A stretch of 27,823 nt of DNA, taken from the IMG/VR virus record IMGVR_UViG_3300025848_000155, positions 1 through 27,823 of that record. One strand, written 5' to 3'. Every line of letters begins with the position of its first letter. Within the stretch, counting starts at the first letter, position 1. A program made the position numbers and the translations under genes. The notes below the pieces were generated by a model. That model did no database searches, was not told the origin of the DNA, and saw only the letters and a program-made list of their open reading frames with translations. Source of the stretch: a virus (Duplodnaviria > Caudoviricetes). Of the stretch, positions 9,290-18,180 are shown piece by piece.

Positions 9290-9778
9290 ATGAGCATGTC
9301 TGGTTCATTTGGTGCAAATACGACTAGAACGTGGGATGGTTCGACTATTCCACTTCCGGCGCGACTTGGTGATATCGCTTCCGATAAGTCTGGCAAATAT
9401 ATGTTTGTTAAGGCTACGGCGGCTGTAACTAAGTATGACGCTGGAATTATCGACAAAGACTTTGGCTTTACGTCAATCACGACTACTAATGCCAGCACGA
9501 CTCCGAAAGGTGTTGGGCTTGCACAAGTAGCTGCCGCAACCAATGAATACCTTTGGGTGTTTATTGGCGAGGGTGGTGGCGTTGGTAAGGGTATTAAGGT
9601 GCGTGTTGCAGCGTCGTGCGCTGCTGGCGCGGCGCTTTATACCACCGCAACTGCTGGCGTCTTGGATGATGCTTCAACTGCCGGTGTCATTAAAGGATTG
9701 ACCATTACGGCAACCGATTCTGGCTCCGGTTCCGCGATTGAAGTGCAGGCGTTTCAAGGAATTTACTCAAACCTGTAA
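9290..9778 (+). CDS. Putative capsid decoration/cement protein
   Basis: 162 aa, A/G/T-rich, strong RBS AAAGGAG, lies between the capsid gene and a terminator. LYTTATAGVLDD pattern. Confidence 0.6.
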   Translation: MSMSGSFGANTTRTWDGSTIPLPARLGDIASDKSGKYMFVKATAAVTKYDAGIIDKDFGFTSITTTNASTTPKGVGLAQVAAATNEYLWVFIGEGGGVGKGIKVRVAASCAAGAALYTTATAGVLDDASTAGVIKGLTITATDSGSGSAIEVQAFQGIYSNL

Positions 9779-9787
9779 GAGTAAATG

Positions 9788-9813
9788 AAGGGGGGGTAAC
9801 ACCCCCCTTTTTT
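9788..9813 (+). terminator. Rho-independent terminator after the capsid and decoration genes
   Basis: GGGGGGT-AAC-ACCCCCC followed by TTTTT, about 10 nt after the stop codon. Confidence 0.8.
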
Positions 9814-9831
9814 AAGTTTTAGGAGAATCTT

Positions 9832-10200
9832 ATGCCACAAGCATCAGAGCTTATTGGTCTTGGTATGCCAGCCGAGCTTGCCGCCGAAGTGACGGACGGT
9901 ACGTTCACAGGCAACCAAACCGTTACCGGAAATATCAATTTTGCTGCGTCTGGCAATCGTTTGCAGTACAAAGCTGGAACGACTTGCGGGACGTTTACGG
10001 CTAACGGGGCAAGTGCTGTGACCGTAAATACAGTGGCGGCATCGGCTACCATGATTGTTGTTATGTCGGTTAAAACAGTTGGTGGTACGCCTGCCGGGGC
10101 TCCGTATTTATCCGCAATTACTGCTGGTACGTCGTTCGCTGTAAAAGCGGCGGCTGGCGATACTTCGATATATAACTGGGCAATTATCGAAACGGCATAA
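9832..10200 (+). CDS. Small virion protein (head fibre/decoration candidate) with LGMP N-terminal motif
   Basis: 122 aa, RBS AGGAG, T/A/G-rich beta composition. N-terminus shared with the next gene. Confidence 0.6.
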   Translation: MPQASELIGLGMPAELAAEVTDGTFTGNQTVTGNINFAASGNRLQYKAGTTCGTFTANGASAVTVNTVAASATMIVVMSVKTVGGTPAGAPYLSAITAGTSFAVKAAAGDTSIYNWAIIETA

Positions 10201-10203
10201 TTT

Positions 10204-11049
10204 ATGGGCCAAAAAGAATCGTTGATGGGTCTTGGGATGCCAGGTGAGTTAGCTGTCAAGCTGGCTCAACCTGAATCCCTTGAGTTCGAAAGTGGTTCTG
10301 TGTCAGCACCGTCAGTTAGTTTTAATGGCGATGCTGACACTGGCTTATTCCGTCCAGCGGCCAACGAATTATCACTTGTGACTAACGGTGCAAATCGCAT
10401 CCGTGTGACATCAGGTGGTTTTGTTAGTGTCGGTTCAACTGCGCCACAAAACGAATTTGAGGTTGTTGGTGAAAATTCGCCACGAATGACAATTAGAGCG
10501 AAAACGGAATCGTTGACCAATTTGGCGGAATTGGGATTTCACGTAAGCGAAAACGTCAGTAATGCGTCAGCAAATACGTTGGCACTAATTCGTGCCATAC
10601 CAACGCAAGTTGATCCATCCGCATTAAAGGCGGATCTTTCGTTTTCAACAAATTCTGGCGATGTCGTTACCGAAGTCGTTCGTTACGATTCTGCTGGCAA
10701 CGTCGGCGTGGGCGTTTTTAGTAACCTTAGCAAGCTTACAATCAACGGCCCTATTGCAATAAAAGCAGTCACGTCTGTCAATGCGGCCAACTATACGGTT
10801 CTTGATACGGATGCTGCAATACGTTTTAACACGACGGCGTGTACTGTAACATTGCCAACTCCAGCGTCGTTTCCAGGGCGTATTTTGCACATGAACGTAA
10901 TTTCGGCGGTTGCAATTACTAGCGCATCCAGCAACGTCAAGCCGCGTACCTCCGATACTGCTGGAACGGCAATTTTGGCTGCGGCGGCTGGAAACTGGGC
11001 GATGTTACAAAGTGATGGATCTAGTTGGGTAATTTTAGCGGGATCATAA
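10204..11049 (+). CDS. Fibre protein with LGMP N-terminal motif
   Basis: 281 aa with fibre-type repeats (APSVSFNGDADTGLF, RIRVTSGGFVSVG, GNVGVG) and a C-terminal TVTLP...QSDGSSW domain common in phage fibres. Confidence 0.65.
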   Translation: MGQKESLMGLGMPGELAVKLAQPESLEFESGSVSAPSVSFNGDADTGLFRPAANELSLVTNGANRIRVTSGGFVSVGSTAPQNEFEVVGENSPRMTIRAKTESLTNLAELGFHVSENVSNASANTLALIRAIPTQVDPSALKADLSFSTNSGDVVTEVVRYDSAGNVGVGVFSNLSKLTINGPIAIKAVTSVNAANYTVLDTDAAIRFNTTACTVTLPTPASFPGRILHMNVISAVAITSASSNVKPRTSDTAGTAILAAAAGNWAMLQSDGSSWVILAGS

Positions 11050-11050
11050 T

Positions 11051-11368
11051 ATGACAGCTTACACGGGCAATACGGTTACAACGACGCCAACAATAGCAAC
11101 GGCTACCAGTGTTACTATTTTGGCCGCAAATCCTAATCGCAAATTTTTGTTGATTCAAAATGCCAGTGCCGCAGATATTTGCATAAACACCGAAGGGGCT
11201 GCGTTGACTGGAGTCGTTCCAAGTGCCACGAACAAAGCAATTTGTTTGAAAAGTACCGCAGGAGCAAACGTGTTGCGGTTCGAAGGTATGTATGTGCCAG
11301 CCGGAGCAATTACCGCATATCAATCCAGTGGCGCATCAATAAATACGGTGGTCGTTGTGGAAGGCTAG
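11051..11368 (+). CDS. Small beta-rich virion protein
   Basis: 105 aa, AANPNRKFLLIQN motif, 1-nt spacing from the upstream gene. Confidence 0.6.
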   Translation: MTAYTGNTVTTTPTIATATSVTILAANPNRKFLLIQNASAADICINTEGAALTGVVPSATNKAICLKSTAGANVLRFEGMYVPAGAITAYQSSGASINTVVVVEG

Positions 11369-11373
11369 TGATA

Positions 11374-11401
11374 TCCTTGAGGGGTCTAAACCTCTTATGG
11401 A
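11374..11401 (+). promoter_or_regulatory. Intergenic hairpin overlapping the RBS of the 11408 gene
   Basis: TCCTTGAGGGGT-CTAA-ACCTCTTATGGA can pair over 12 positions (two G-U pairs, one U-U mismatch) and covers the GGA of the GGAG RBS. Confidence 0.4.
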
Positions 11402-11407
11402 GACAAT

Positions 11408-12097
11408 ATGGCACAAATTGACTGGCAAACGATCATGGGTGGACAACCGCAGCAGAAAAGCCGTTGGGCTGGTGCGAATGTTAAGTTCATGATGCTTTGC
11501 AGGAAGAACGAAGAAAAGTCGCAAAAGGCTGGCCGGGACATTTACGACGAAATACCGAGCATTTCTATCCAATGGCCGGGTGGCGATGAAACCGTTCGTG
11601 CGATTGAAGAGCGGGATAAGGTTGAACACGCCAACGCGTATGCTGCATTTATGGCTGGCACTGGGCCTGTTCAGTCCGGTATGCCGCTTCAGGAATGGCC
11701 CCGTATTACTGCGTCGGCGGTTAAGGAATTGGCCTATCTTGGGTTCCGTACTGTTGAGCAGCTTGCCGAAGCGAATGATGATGTTAAGCGCCGCATGGGG
11801 CCACTGGCTAAGTTCATCAAAGAAGCGCAGGAATGGCTTGGTGCGGCTACGTCTGGTCAGGCGCAGGTTGTATCGTTGAAAGAAGCGTTGGAGCGTGAGC
11901 GGCAACGTGCGGAACGGATGGAACAGCAGATTGAGCTGTTGATGCAGCGTATCGAAGGTAACGAAGGTACGCGGTTTACCCGACCTGTTCCTGCGTGGCG
12001 TAATGAAGTGACTGAGGCGGTGGACGAAGCTGCTGACCTTGATGATGTTGAAGTGCAACTTGAAAAACGTGGTCGGGGCAGACCTAAGAAACAATGA
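11408..12097 (+). CDS. Hypothetical protein with HhH-like segment, coiled coil and C-terminal AT-hook-like motif
   Basis: 229 aa, RBS GGAG. LGFRTVEQLA pattern, heptad region, ends KRGRGRPKKQ. Confidence 0.7.
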   Translation: MAQIDWQTIMGGQPQQKSRWAGANVKFMMLCRKNEEKSQKAGRDIYDEIPSISIQWPGGDETVRAIEERDKVEHANAYAAFMAGTGPVQSGMPLQEWPRITASAVKELAYLGFRTVEQLAEANDDVKRRMGPLAKFIKEAQEWLGAATSGQAQVVSLKEALERERQRAERMEQQIELLMQRIEGNEGTRFTRPVPAWRNEVTEAVDEAADLDDVEVQLEKRGRGRPKKQ

Positions 12098-12948
12098 CGT
12101 TATCCACGGTTGTACAGAATGTTGCAAACGAAGCGGGGTATACGGTTGATACAGCCGTTATTAACTCGTCGGAAACGACGACCAAGCAACTTCGGACGAT
12201 GGTGCAACGGGTCAACCGTGAAATGGCCGAAAAGTACCTTTGGCCACAGTTGTTCGCGTCTGGCAGTTTTACGACCGTAGCGGGTCAAGCGGCGTACCAA
12301 CTGCCAGCCGCGTTTTCCTACAACCACTACAATACCTTCTGGAACAGTTCCACACGATGGCGGTTGCTTGGTCCGATGACTGAGCAGGAGTATGCCGAAA
12401 TACTCGGCTACGGGCTCAATACGACTGTTTATCAGCGGTTTCAGATTCGTGGCATGAGTAACAGCCAGTTGCTCATGAGTCCAACGCCGGATACGTCGGG
12501 ACAGATCATAATCTTCGAGTATGTGGCCGAGCGGTTTGTTAGACCGGCAACGTGGGTAACTGCGACGTTGTACGCGGCTAATGCGTATACGTTTTACAAC
12601 GGTAACTATTATCAAACGACCGGCGGTGGCACATCGGGTGGTACGCCGCCAACGCATACAAGCGGTAGCGCCTCGGACGGTGGCGTAACGTGGACGTATT
12701 ACAGCGGCTCATATCCTGAGTTTTTGGCTGACAGTGACGTAAGTTTATTTAACGAAAAGACGCTGGAACAGGGCGTGTTGGAGCGGTTTGCTGAAATTCA
12801 CGGGTTGACCGTGATGCCTCGTTTTGATGCTGATTTGAACGAAGAATTTAGTCGGGCAAACCCTGGCAAGATTCTTTATACCGGTGGGTTACAGCGGAAC
12901 CTTGTGTTTGCGCGTGACGGTATTGCTACGTTTGGGACGTTTATCTAA
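12094..12948 (+). CDS. Head-tail adaptor protein with inserted CBM-like module
   Basis: 284 aa. Helical N-terminus followed by G...YQLPAAF and PTPD...IIFEY patterns of podovirus adaptors. Position after the head genes. Confidence 0.65.
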   Translation: MTLSTVVQNVANEAGYTVDTAVINSSETTTKQLRTMVQRVNREMAEKYLWPQLFASGSFTTVAGQAAYQLPAAFSYNHYNTFWNSSTRWRLLGPMTEQEYAEILGYGLNTTVYQRFQIRGMSNSQLLMSPTPDTSGQIIIFEYVAERFVRPATWVTATLYAANAYTFYNGNYYQTTGGGTSGGTPPTHTSGSASDGGVTWTYYSGSYPEFLADSDVSLFNEKTLEQGVLERFAEIHGLTVMPRFDADLNEEFSRANPGKILYTGGLQRNLVFARDGIATFGTFI

Positions 12949-14090
12949 TGGCAACTAGAGCTATTCCAGTACCAGAATACGGACCGAACACCGATTACAA
13001 CTCGTTCACGCGCTACGTCGAGCTTGTGAACAGTGGCGTACCACCGTTCCAGGCGCTTCGTGAGGCGTTTCCTCAAGGCATGATGAGCCCACAGGAACGA
13101 GCAAAACAGTTAGGCAAACAACAACAGTCAGGCGCGTTGGGGCAAATCGCGGGGATGGGGGTGGGTCTTTTAGGCGCTAAAGCCTTACAAGATGCGCTTG
13201 CTGGCAAAAAGGTGTTGGGTGGTTTACGCGAGGGGTTGTTCGGTGCGGAAGGTACGACTGGTCAAGGTATCGGCTCACGACTGGCTGATGCCTTTGGCTT
13301 TGGTGGTGGTGGACCGGCGGTAGCGGCAACGCCGGAAGCAACATTTGGTGGTCTTTCGGCTGGCACACCTGTTGCGTCAAGTATGGGTGGTGGTCAAATT
13401 CTTGCCGATGGCAGTGTGGTTGGCAACGCCACTGACATTACTAACTTTGCCGGTTCTGCCACGCCATATCTTGGTGCGGCTGGCACAGCGTTAGGCGCAT
13501 ATTCGGCGTTGCAAGGCATTAAGAAGAAAGATCCATTGTCGGCTGGACTTGGCGGTTTAGGTGCCGTTACTGGTCTTAACATGATGGGTTATACGCTTGG
13601 GCCGGTTGGTATTGCTGCAACTATCGGTGTACCGCTTGTTGCCGCACTTGCTGGCAAGATGGGCGATAAGGATCGGTGGAAAACTGAAGGTAAGCGTTTG
13701 GGTAAGTTGCGCGAGGCGGGTATCAATATCCCGCAAATGGAATCCGATACGTTGTCGCGTGGCCGTAGCAAGAAAGAGTTAATTGCTATTGAAGAACAAA
13801 AAGCAGCACAAGGTTTGCCAAGCAACGTGGAATTTGCGCGAACCCGTGATGAAAAGTTTTTGAAGCCCGAAGATATTTGGGGTTACAGCACATTCTTTGA
13901 AAAGTACGGTAATGACTGGCTTGGTAAATTTACTGAGCAACAACGCCGCGACATAGCACAGCAAGCCCTAAATGCTGGTGCTGTTAAAGAACAGCGCGGC
14001 ACCATTGATATTGACTGGAACAAGGTGGATGCAACGCCACCGGCAGTACAACCGCAACAGCAACAGCAGCAAAAGCAGAAAAGGAAATAG
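12948..14090 (+). CDS. Putative internal virion/ejection protein with Gly/Ala-rich hydrophobic helices
   Basis: 380 aa with several GxxxG hydrophobic stretches and a poly-Q/basic C-terminus. TAATG coupling to the upstream gene. Confidence 0.5.
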   Translation: MATRAIPVPEYGPNTDYNSFTRYVELVNSGVPPFQALREAFPQGMMSPQERAKQLGKQQQSGALGQIAGMGVGLLGAKALQDALAGKKVLGGLREGLFGAEGTTGQGIGSRLADAFGFGGGGPAVAATPEATFGGLSAGTPVASSMGGGQILADGSVVGNATDITNFAGSATPYLGAAGTALGAYSALQGIKKKDPLSAGLGGLGAVTGLNMMGYTLGPVGIAATIGVPLVAALAGKMGDKDRWKTEGKRLGKLREAGINIPQMESDTLSRGRSKKELIAIEEQKAAQGLPSNVEFARTRDEKFLKPEDIWGYSTFFEKYGNDWLGKFTEQQRRDIAQQALNAGAVKEQRGTIDIDWNKVDATPPAVQPQQQQQQKQKRK

Positions 14091-14091
14091 T

Positions 14092-14544
14092 ATGGCAAAA
14101 GGTGACAAACTCGTAGGTGCAATGGGCAAAGGCCCAAGCAAAGGCGCAATGACCCGCGTTTCACCGGGGGTATATCGCAATGCAGAAGGTAAGTTGGTTG
14201 GCAATAAGGGTCAGGCGTTGCCGCAAGCTAGTCGGCAAGCGCAAATGAATGACGCAACAAATCTTGCGCTGAATGGCGTGTCCCAATACGGCAACATCCC
14301 GCAGTCGAATGAGCCGATGCAAACTCAACCGTTGACGTTTCAGCCTGGACAAGGCCCAAGCAAAGAACAATTGATGCAAATGTTTAACGCCATGCAACAA
14401 CAACCGCAAGGGCCAGGCATACCGGGTATGACGCCAAGACAAGGATTGCAATCGGGACGTGGCGGATTTGCGTTTAGTCAAATGCAGAATCCAAATCAAC
14501 CAGTAAATTCTGGACCAATCATGAAATATGGTCCGCGTCGGTGA
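14092..14544 (+). CDS. Low-complexity Q/P/G/M-rich protein, possible internal virion protein
   Basis: ATG at 14092, 1 nt after the upstream stop with AAGGA before it, giving 150 aa. I reject the longer start at 13972 in the ORF track. Confidence 0.65.
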   Translation: MAKGDKLVGAMGKGPSKGAMTRVSPGVYRNAEGKLVGNKGQALPQASRQAQMNDATNLALNGVSQYGNIPQSNEPMQTQPLTFQPGQGPSKEQLMQMFNAMQQQPQGPGIPGMTPRQGLQSGRGGFAFSQMQNPNQPVNSGPIMKYGPRR

Positions 14545-14550
14545 TGAAAA

Positions 14551-16101
14551 ATGCCACACCAGGAGTTTACCGTACCACCGCCATTTGCAGGGCTTGATCT
14601 AGTTTCGCCGATCAATGCGATGTCGCCTGAGTATGCGATTGAGCTAGTCAACGTCTTTCCTGGTGCTACCGCTCCGATTACTCGAAAAGGCTATGCCGAG
14701 TATTTGAATTTAACCGCAACTGCAACAAGCATTGACACGCTTTATCCGTTCAATAAAACAAACGGCGACAATGAGCTAGTTGCCGTAACAAACGGCGCGA
14801 CACGCAAGATTTATAGCATCTTGGCTGGAACCGCGTTGGATGTAACTGGCACAACTGCCATTTCTGCTACTGGCACAAACTGCCAGTGTGAGCAGTTTGG
14901 TTCGCGGTTGTACATCTGTAACGGCGTTGACACGGTTCAGGTCTACAACGGCACCACTACCGTTGATTCTACGTTCACTGGTGTTACGCTTGCTAACCTT
15001 ATCAACGTCAGCAGCTACAAATCGCGGTTGTACTTTGTAGAAAAGAACACGCTTAAATTCTGGTACGGCAACACCGATGCGGTTGGTTCATCGGCGCTGA
15101 ACAGTTTCGACCTTCAGTATGTGATGAAGAAGGGTGGCCGGTTGTTGTTTGCTGGTAGTTATACCAACCAAGCCGCGCAAACCAGCCAGGACTTGTTTTG
15201 GGCCATTAGCTCCGAAGGTGAAATAGTTTTCTACAGTGGCAGCAGTCCAGCATCGGATGTATGGGGCTTAGTAGCGCGATTCGTTATTGGCAAGCCGCTC
15301 GGCTATCGTGCATTTGTTCGCGTCAACAATGACGTCTGGATACTGACTGAGCAGGGTGTTGTGCCGTTATCGGCGTTATTCCAGGCCGATCCCGAACAAG
15401 CTGTAAACGTCATCAGCGCAAGAATCAATCCGTTCATTACCGAAGCAGCGGTCGTTACGCCGTTTTCACCGCGCTGGCATGGATCGTTTTGGCCACAAGG
15501 TCGGCGCGTCATCATCAACGTGCCGTTGTCCGAAACGCAGACCCGGATGCTGGTATACAGCATCGACAGTAAAGGCTGGTGCGTTTACGACCTAACGAAC
15601 CGTGGCGATGGTATTACGTTCGCGGTAGCCGGGCCGACACCGTATTACGGTAGTGCCAGTGGCGTGGTCTACGAAGCCGAAACTGGCTACGAAGACAATG
15701 GTTTTCCGATTCAGTTTTGTATCCGCACGGCGTTTAGTTACTGCAACACGCCTGACCAGTACAAAGCGTTTAAGGACATCCGACCCTTGCTAAAAACCAA
15801 AAAGGGTTTATCGTTTGACTTAGCGATTGATACCGATTTCCGGGATACCGCTACGGGCGATACTGTTTCGACCGGAACAGCTACCACGACCCTATGGGGT
15901 TCCACAGGTGCCACACCTGGCGGCTCCGGCTTTACTGCATGGGGTTCGCCTTGGGCTAGCGGTCCTGAATACATTTACAATAGATATTCCGTCCGTGGTC
16001 AGGGCCATAGTGCTTCGATCAAAATGGATGGCACACAGGATTCGTCACAGTGTTCGTTCTTCGGATTCGAGCTACGATTTGATGCGGGTGGACAGGTATA
16101 A
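14551..16101 (+). CDS. Tail nozzle / DNA stabilization protein (P22 gp10- or T7 gp12-like)
   Basis: 516 aa. N-terminal PP..GL...SP...M...A..L.N....RKG pattern and repeated beta-propeller-like strands (SRLYICNG, KSRLYFV). Position in the tail module. Confidence 0.75.
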   Translation: MPHQEFTVPPPFAGLDLVSPINAMSPEYAIELVNVFPGATAPITRKGYAEYLNLTATATSIDTLYPFNKTNGDNELVAVTNGATRKIYSILAGTALDVTGTTAISATGTNCQCEQFGSRLYICNGVDTVQVYNGTTTVDSTFTGVTLANLINVSSYKSRLYFVEKNTLKFWYGNTDAVGSSALNSFDLQYVMKKGGRLLFAGSYTNQAAQTSQDLFWAISSEGEIVFYSGSSPASDVWGLVARFVIGKPLGYRAFVRVNNDVWILTEQGVVPLSALFQADPEQAVNVISARINPFITEAAVVTPFSPRWHGSFWPQGRRVIINVPLSETQTRMLVYSIDSKGWCVYDLTNRGDGITFAVAGPTPYYGSASGVVYEAETGYEDNGFPIQFCIRTAFSYCNTPDQYKAFKDIRPLLKTKKGLSFDLAIDTDFRDTATGDTVSTGTATTTLWGSTGATPGGSGFTAWGSPWASGPEYIYNRYSVRGQGHSASIKMDGTQDSSQCSFFGFELRFDAGGQV

Positions 16102-16103
16102 TT

Positions 16104-17003
16104 ATGGCAAATGGCGCGATGAATGTAAGTCCTAGCCAAGCGGCGCAACAACCAGCGCAGGGACAAAACTACAATCAACTTCGTAACCAGTATCGTGGTC
16201 TTGCTGGTAAGGGCGATGCACGAAGTCAGCAACAGCGGCGTGAATTGATGAAGCAGATGCAACAAGCGCGTCGTTCACAAAACCAGCAAGGACAAACGCA
16301 ACAGTCGCCGTATCAAGGCGCATTTGAGCCGATTGGCCAAAGCGTAAATCAGCAACTAGGGTATCTACAGCAGCAGGGGCAGTTCCAGCCCGGTTCGTTT
16401 CAGGACCAGATGAATCAAGCCTACGGCAACGTCATGCAGCAGTTTGAGCAAACGACTGGTCCACAGTTCCAGCGTGAGCAAGCTGATTTTCAGCAAATGG
16501 CGGCTGAACGTGGCTTAGACCCTAACAGTGAGGCGTATCGTTCGTTGCAAGGGCAACTATCGCAGCGGCAGGATTTAGCGCGTCAGCAAGCGATGAATCA
16601 AGCGTTGCAATCGGCCTATGGTGTACAGGACCAAATATTCGGTCAACAAAAAGATATTTACCAAATGCCAGCCGTAATGCTTGGCCAACTTGGTGGCTAC
16701 TACGGCGAGATGGGGCAACAGGGTCGATTTGGTCAGGAATTGGCGTTCAAACGCAAGGAAGGTCAACTTGATCGTGCACAACGAACCAAAGAATTGCAGA
16801 TGCAATTAAATGCGCCACGCGGCGGCGGTGGTGGATTGTCGTTTGAGCAGCAACGGCAGTTACAGCAAGAAGCTATAGCCGGATCTATGGCGGCTAACAT
16901 GGCCATGGGCGGTGGCCAGCAGCAACAGCGGCAACCTAACTGGTGGGAAACTGCGGCAGGTTCATTCTTCGGACAACTGCCAAGTGCAATAATGGGAAAA
17001 TAA
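16104..17003 (+). CDS. Putative DNA ejection/pilot protein, Q-rich
   Basis: 299 aa, very Gln-rich and helical, amphipathic C-terminus. First of three genes after the nozzle. Confidence 0.55.
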   Translation: MANGAMNVSPSQAAQQPAQGQNYNQLRNQYRGLAGKGDARSQQQRRELMKQMQQARRSQNQQGQTQQSPYQGAFEPIGQSVNQQLGYLQQQGQFQPGSFQDQMNQAYGNVMQQFEQTTGPQFQREQADFQQMAAERGLDPNSEAYRSLQGQLSQRQDLARQQAMNQALQSAYGVQDQIFGQQKDIYQMPAVMLGQLGGYYGEMGQQGRFGQELAFKRKEGQLDRAQRTKELQMQLNAPRGGGGGLSFEQQRQLQQEAIAGSMAANMAMGGGQQQQRQPNWWETAAGSFFGQLPSAIMGK

Positions 17004-17004
17004 C

Positions 17005-18180
17005 ATGGCCGACAATCCGCTACTGCAAGCACTGTTAGGCGTAAACGTCACGCCACAAGAAACGCTATTCGGTCAAGGCGCACAGACTATCGGCACCATG
17101 ATGCCGAACGTATACAGCCCATACGTTAGCCCTGGTCGTAATCTTGCTTCGATTGCTGGTGCCGGTCTGCTTGCAGGACTCATGGGCTATGCAGCCAAAC
17201 GTGAGGCTGAAGCTGAAAATCGTGCGTTAGCGCCGCAGTTGTCGTCAATATTGTCAGCGCAAACGCCGGAAGAGTTAAGCACACTTGCCGGTGCGGAAGG
17301 TTTTCCAAGTCGGCTTATGCCGTTGGCGCAACAGATGATGCTCCAGCGGCTGACGCAGCAACAAACAGCAGCGGAAAAAGCGGCAGAAGCAAAATTAGCC
17401 GAACGAAAAACGGCACTTGAAGCGTTTGGCACATTAACAGCTAAATATCCGACCACTGAAGGTTTAAATACGTTGCGTGAAGCAGCAGGACTACCACCAT
17501 TGAGCGGTACCGGCTCTGGAGTCGAGCAAGAATTTGAAACGCCGGAAGATAGGCAACGCCGCATCAAAGACGAACAAGAAAGAACAATAAAGCAACAGAA
17601 CCAAACATCGGCGCTAATACAAAATGTTGCTTCACATCCGACAATTATCAAAACGCAAGGGTTAGAACAGATCTATAAAAATGCCAAGCAAATTCAAAGC
17701 ATGGATAGTGCTGCTGCAGCAGACTCATTGAAGAAATTGTTAATTAAGTCCAACGATATCGCATCGACCATTACGTTGCCTGAATTCGGATTAGCCGAGC
17801 GTACACAAGGCGTTTACGACAAGTACATGGGAATATTGGAGCGAGCAAAGGCGGGCAAAAGTGATCTAACGCCTGAAGCACGACAGGAAATGGTAAACGT
17901 AATTGATGCGGTTCGTACCGCAGCGTTAGACGAAACACAAAAGTTTATTGTAGGCCGAGCCATTATTGAACGAAAACTTGGTTCATTATTAACGCCGAAA
18001 GAGTTAATGCAATCGCAGGGATTTACATTCAAGCCAGCGCAAACTGATCTGGATCAAATATTTGCAACAGGCGAAAAACTCAAACGCGCCAAAGCCGCAG
18101 GAGCGTTGCCGTTGGCTGAACTTCAACGACTAGAAGAAGCATATCGCTTAAAAGTAGAACAGGTAATGGAAGGTTTGTAA
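17005..18180 (+). CDS. Putative DNA ejection protein
   Basis: 391 aa, helical, with an N-terminal hydrophobic segment (IAGAGLLAGLMGYAA). Position matches podovirus ejection genes. Confidence 0.55.
   Translation: MADNPLLQALLGVNVTPQETLFGQGAQTIGTMMPNVYSPYVSPGRNLASIAGAGLLAGLMGYAAKREAEAENRALAPQLSSILSAQTPEELSTLAGAEGFPSRLMPLAQQMMLQRLTQQQTAAEKAAEAKLAERKTALEAFGTLTAKYPTTEGLNTLREAAGLPPLSGTGSGVEQEFETPEDRQRRIKDEQERTIKQQNQTSALIQNVASHPTIIKTQGLEQIYKNAKQIQSMDSAAAADSLKKLLIKSNDIASTITLPEFGLAERTQGVYDKYMGILERAKAGKSDLTPEARQEMVNVIDAVRTAALDETQKFIVGRAIIERKLGSLLTPKELMQSQGFTFKPAQTDLDQIFATGEKLKRAKAAGALPLAELQRLEEAYRLKVEQVMEGL

Noticed and set aside
10198-10206. In-frame TAA-TTT-ATG junction that could allow read-through fusion of the two LGMP genes
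   Set aside because: TAA followed by T is an efficient stop, and the second gene has its own copy of the N-terminal motif, which fits independent initiation.
11376-11391. Fragments resembling the T7 terminator or a vector (CTTGAGGGGT, CTAAAC)
   Set aside because: The matches are short and in a different order, and the context is continuous phage sequence, so chance is the likely explanation.
11336-12127. 263-aa antisense ORF, and similar ones at 500-1216, 12100-12657 and 18080-18775
   Set aside because: These are shadow ORFs over well-supported + strand genes and show no recognisable motifs.
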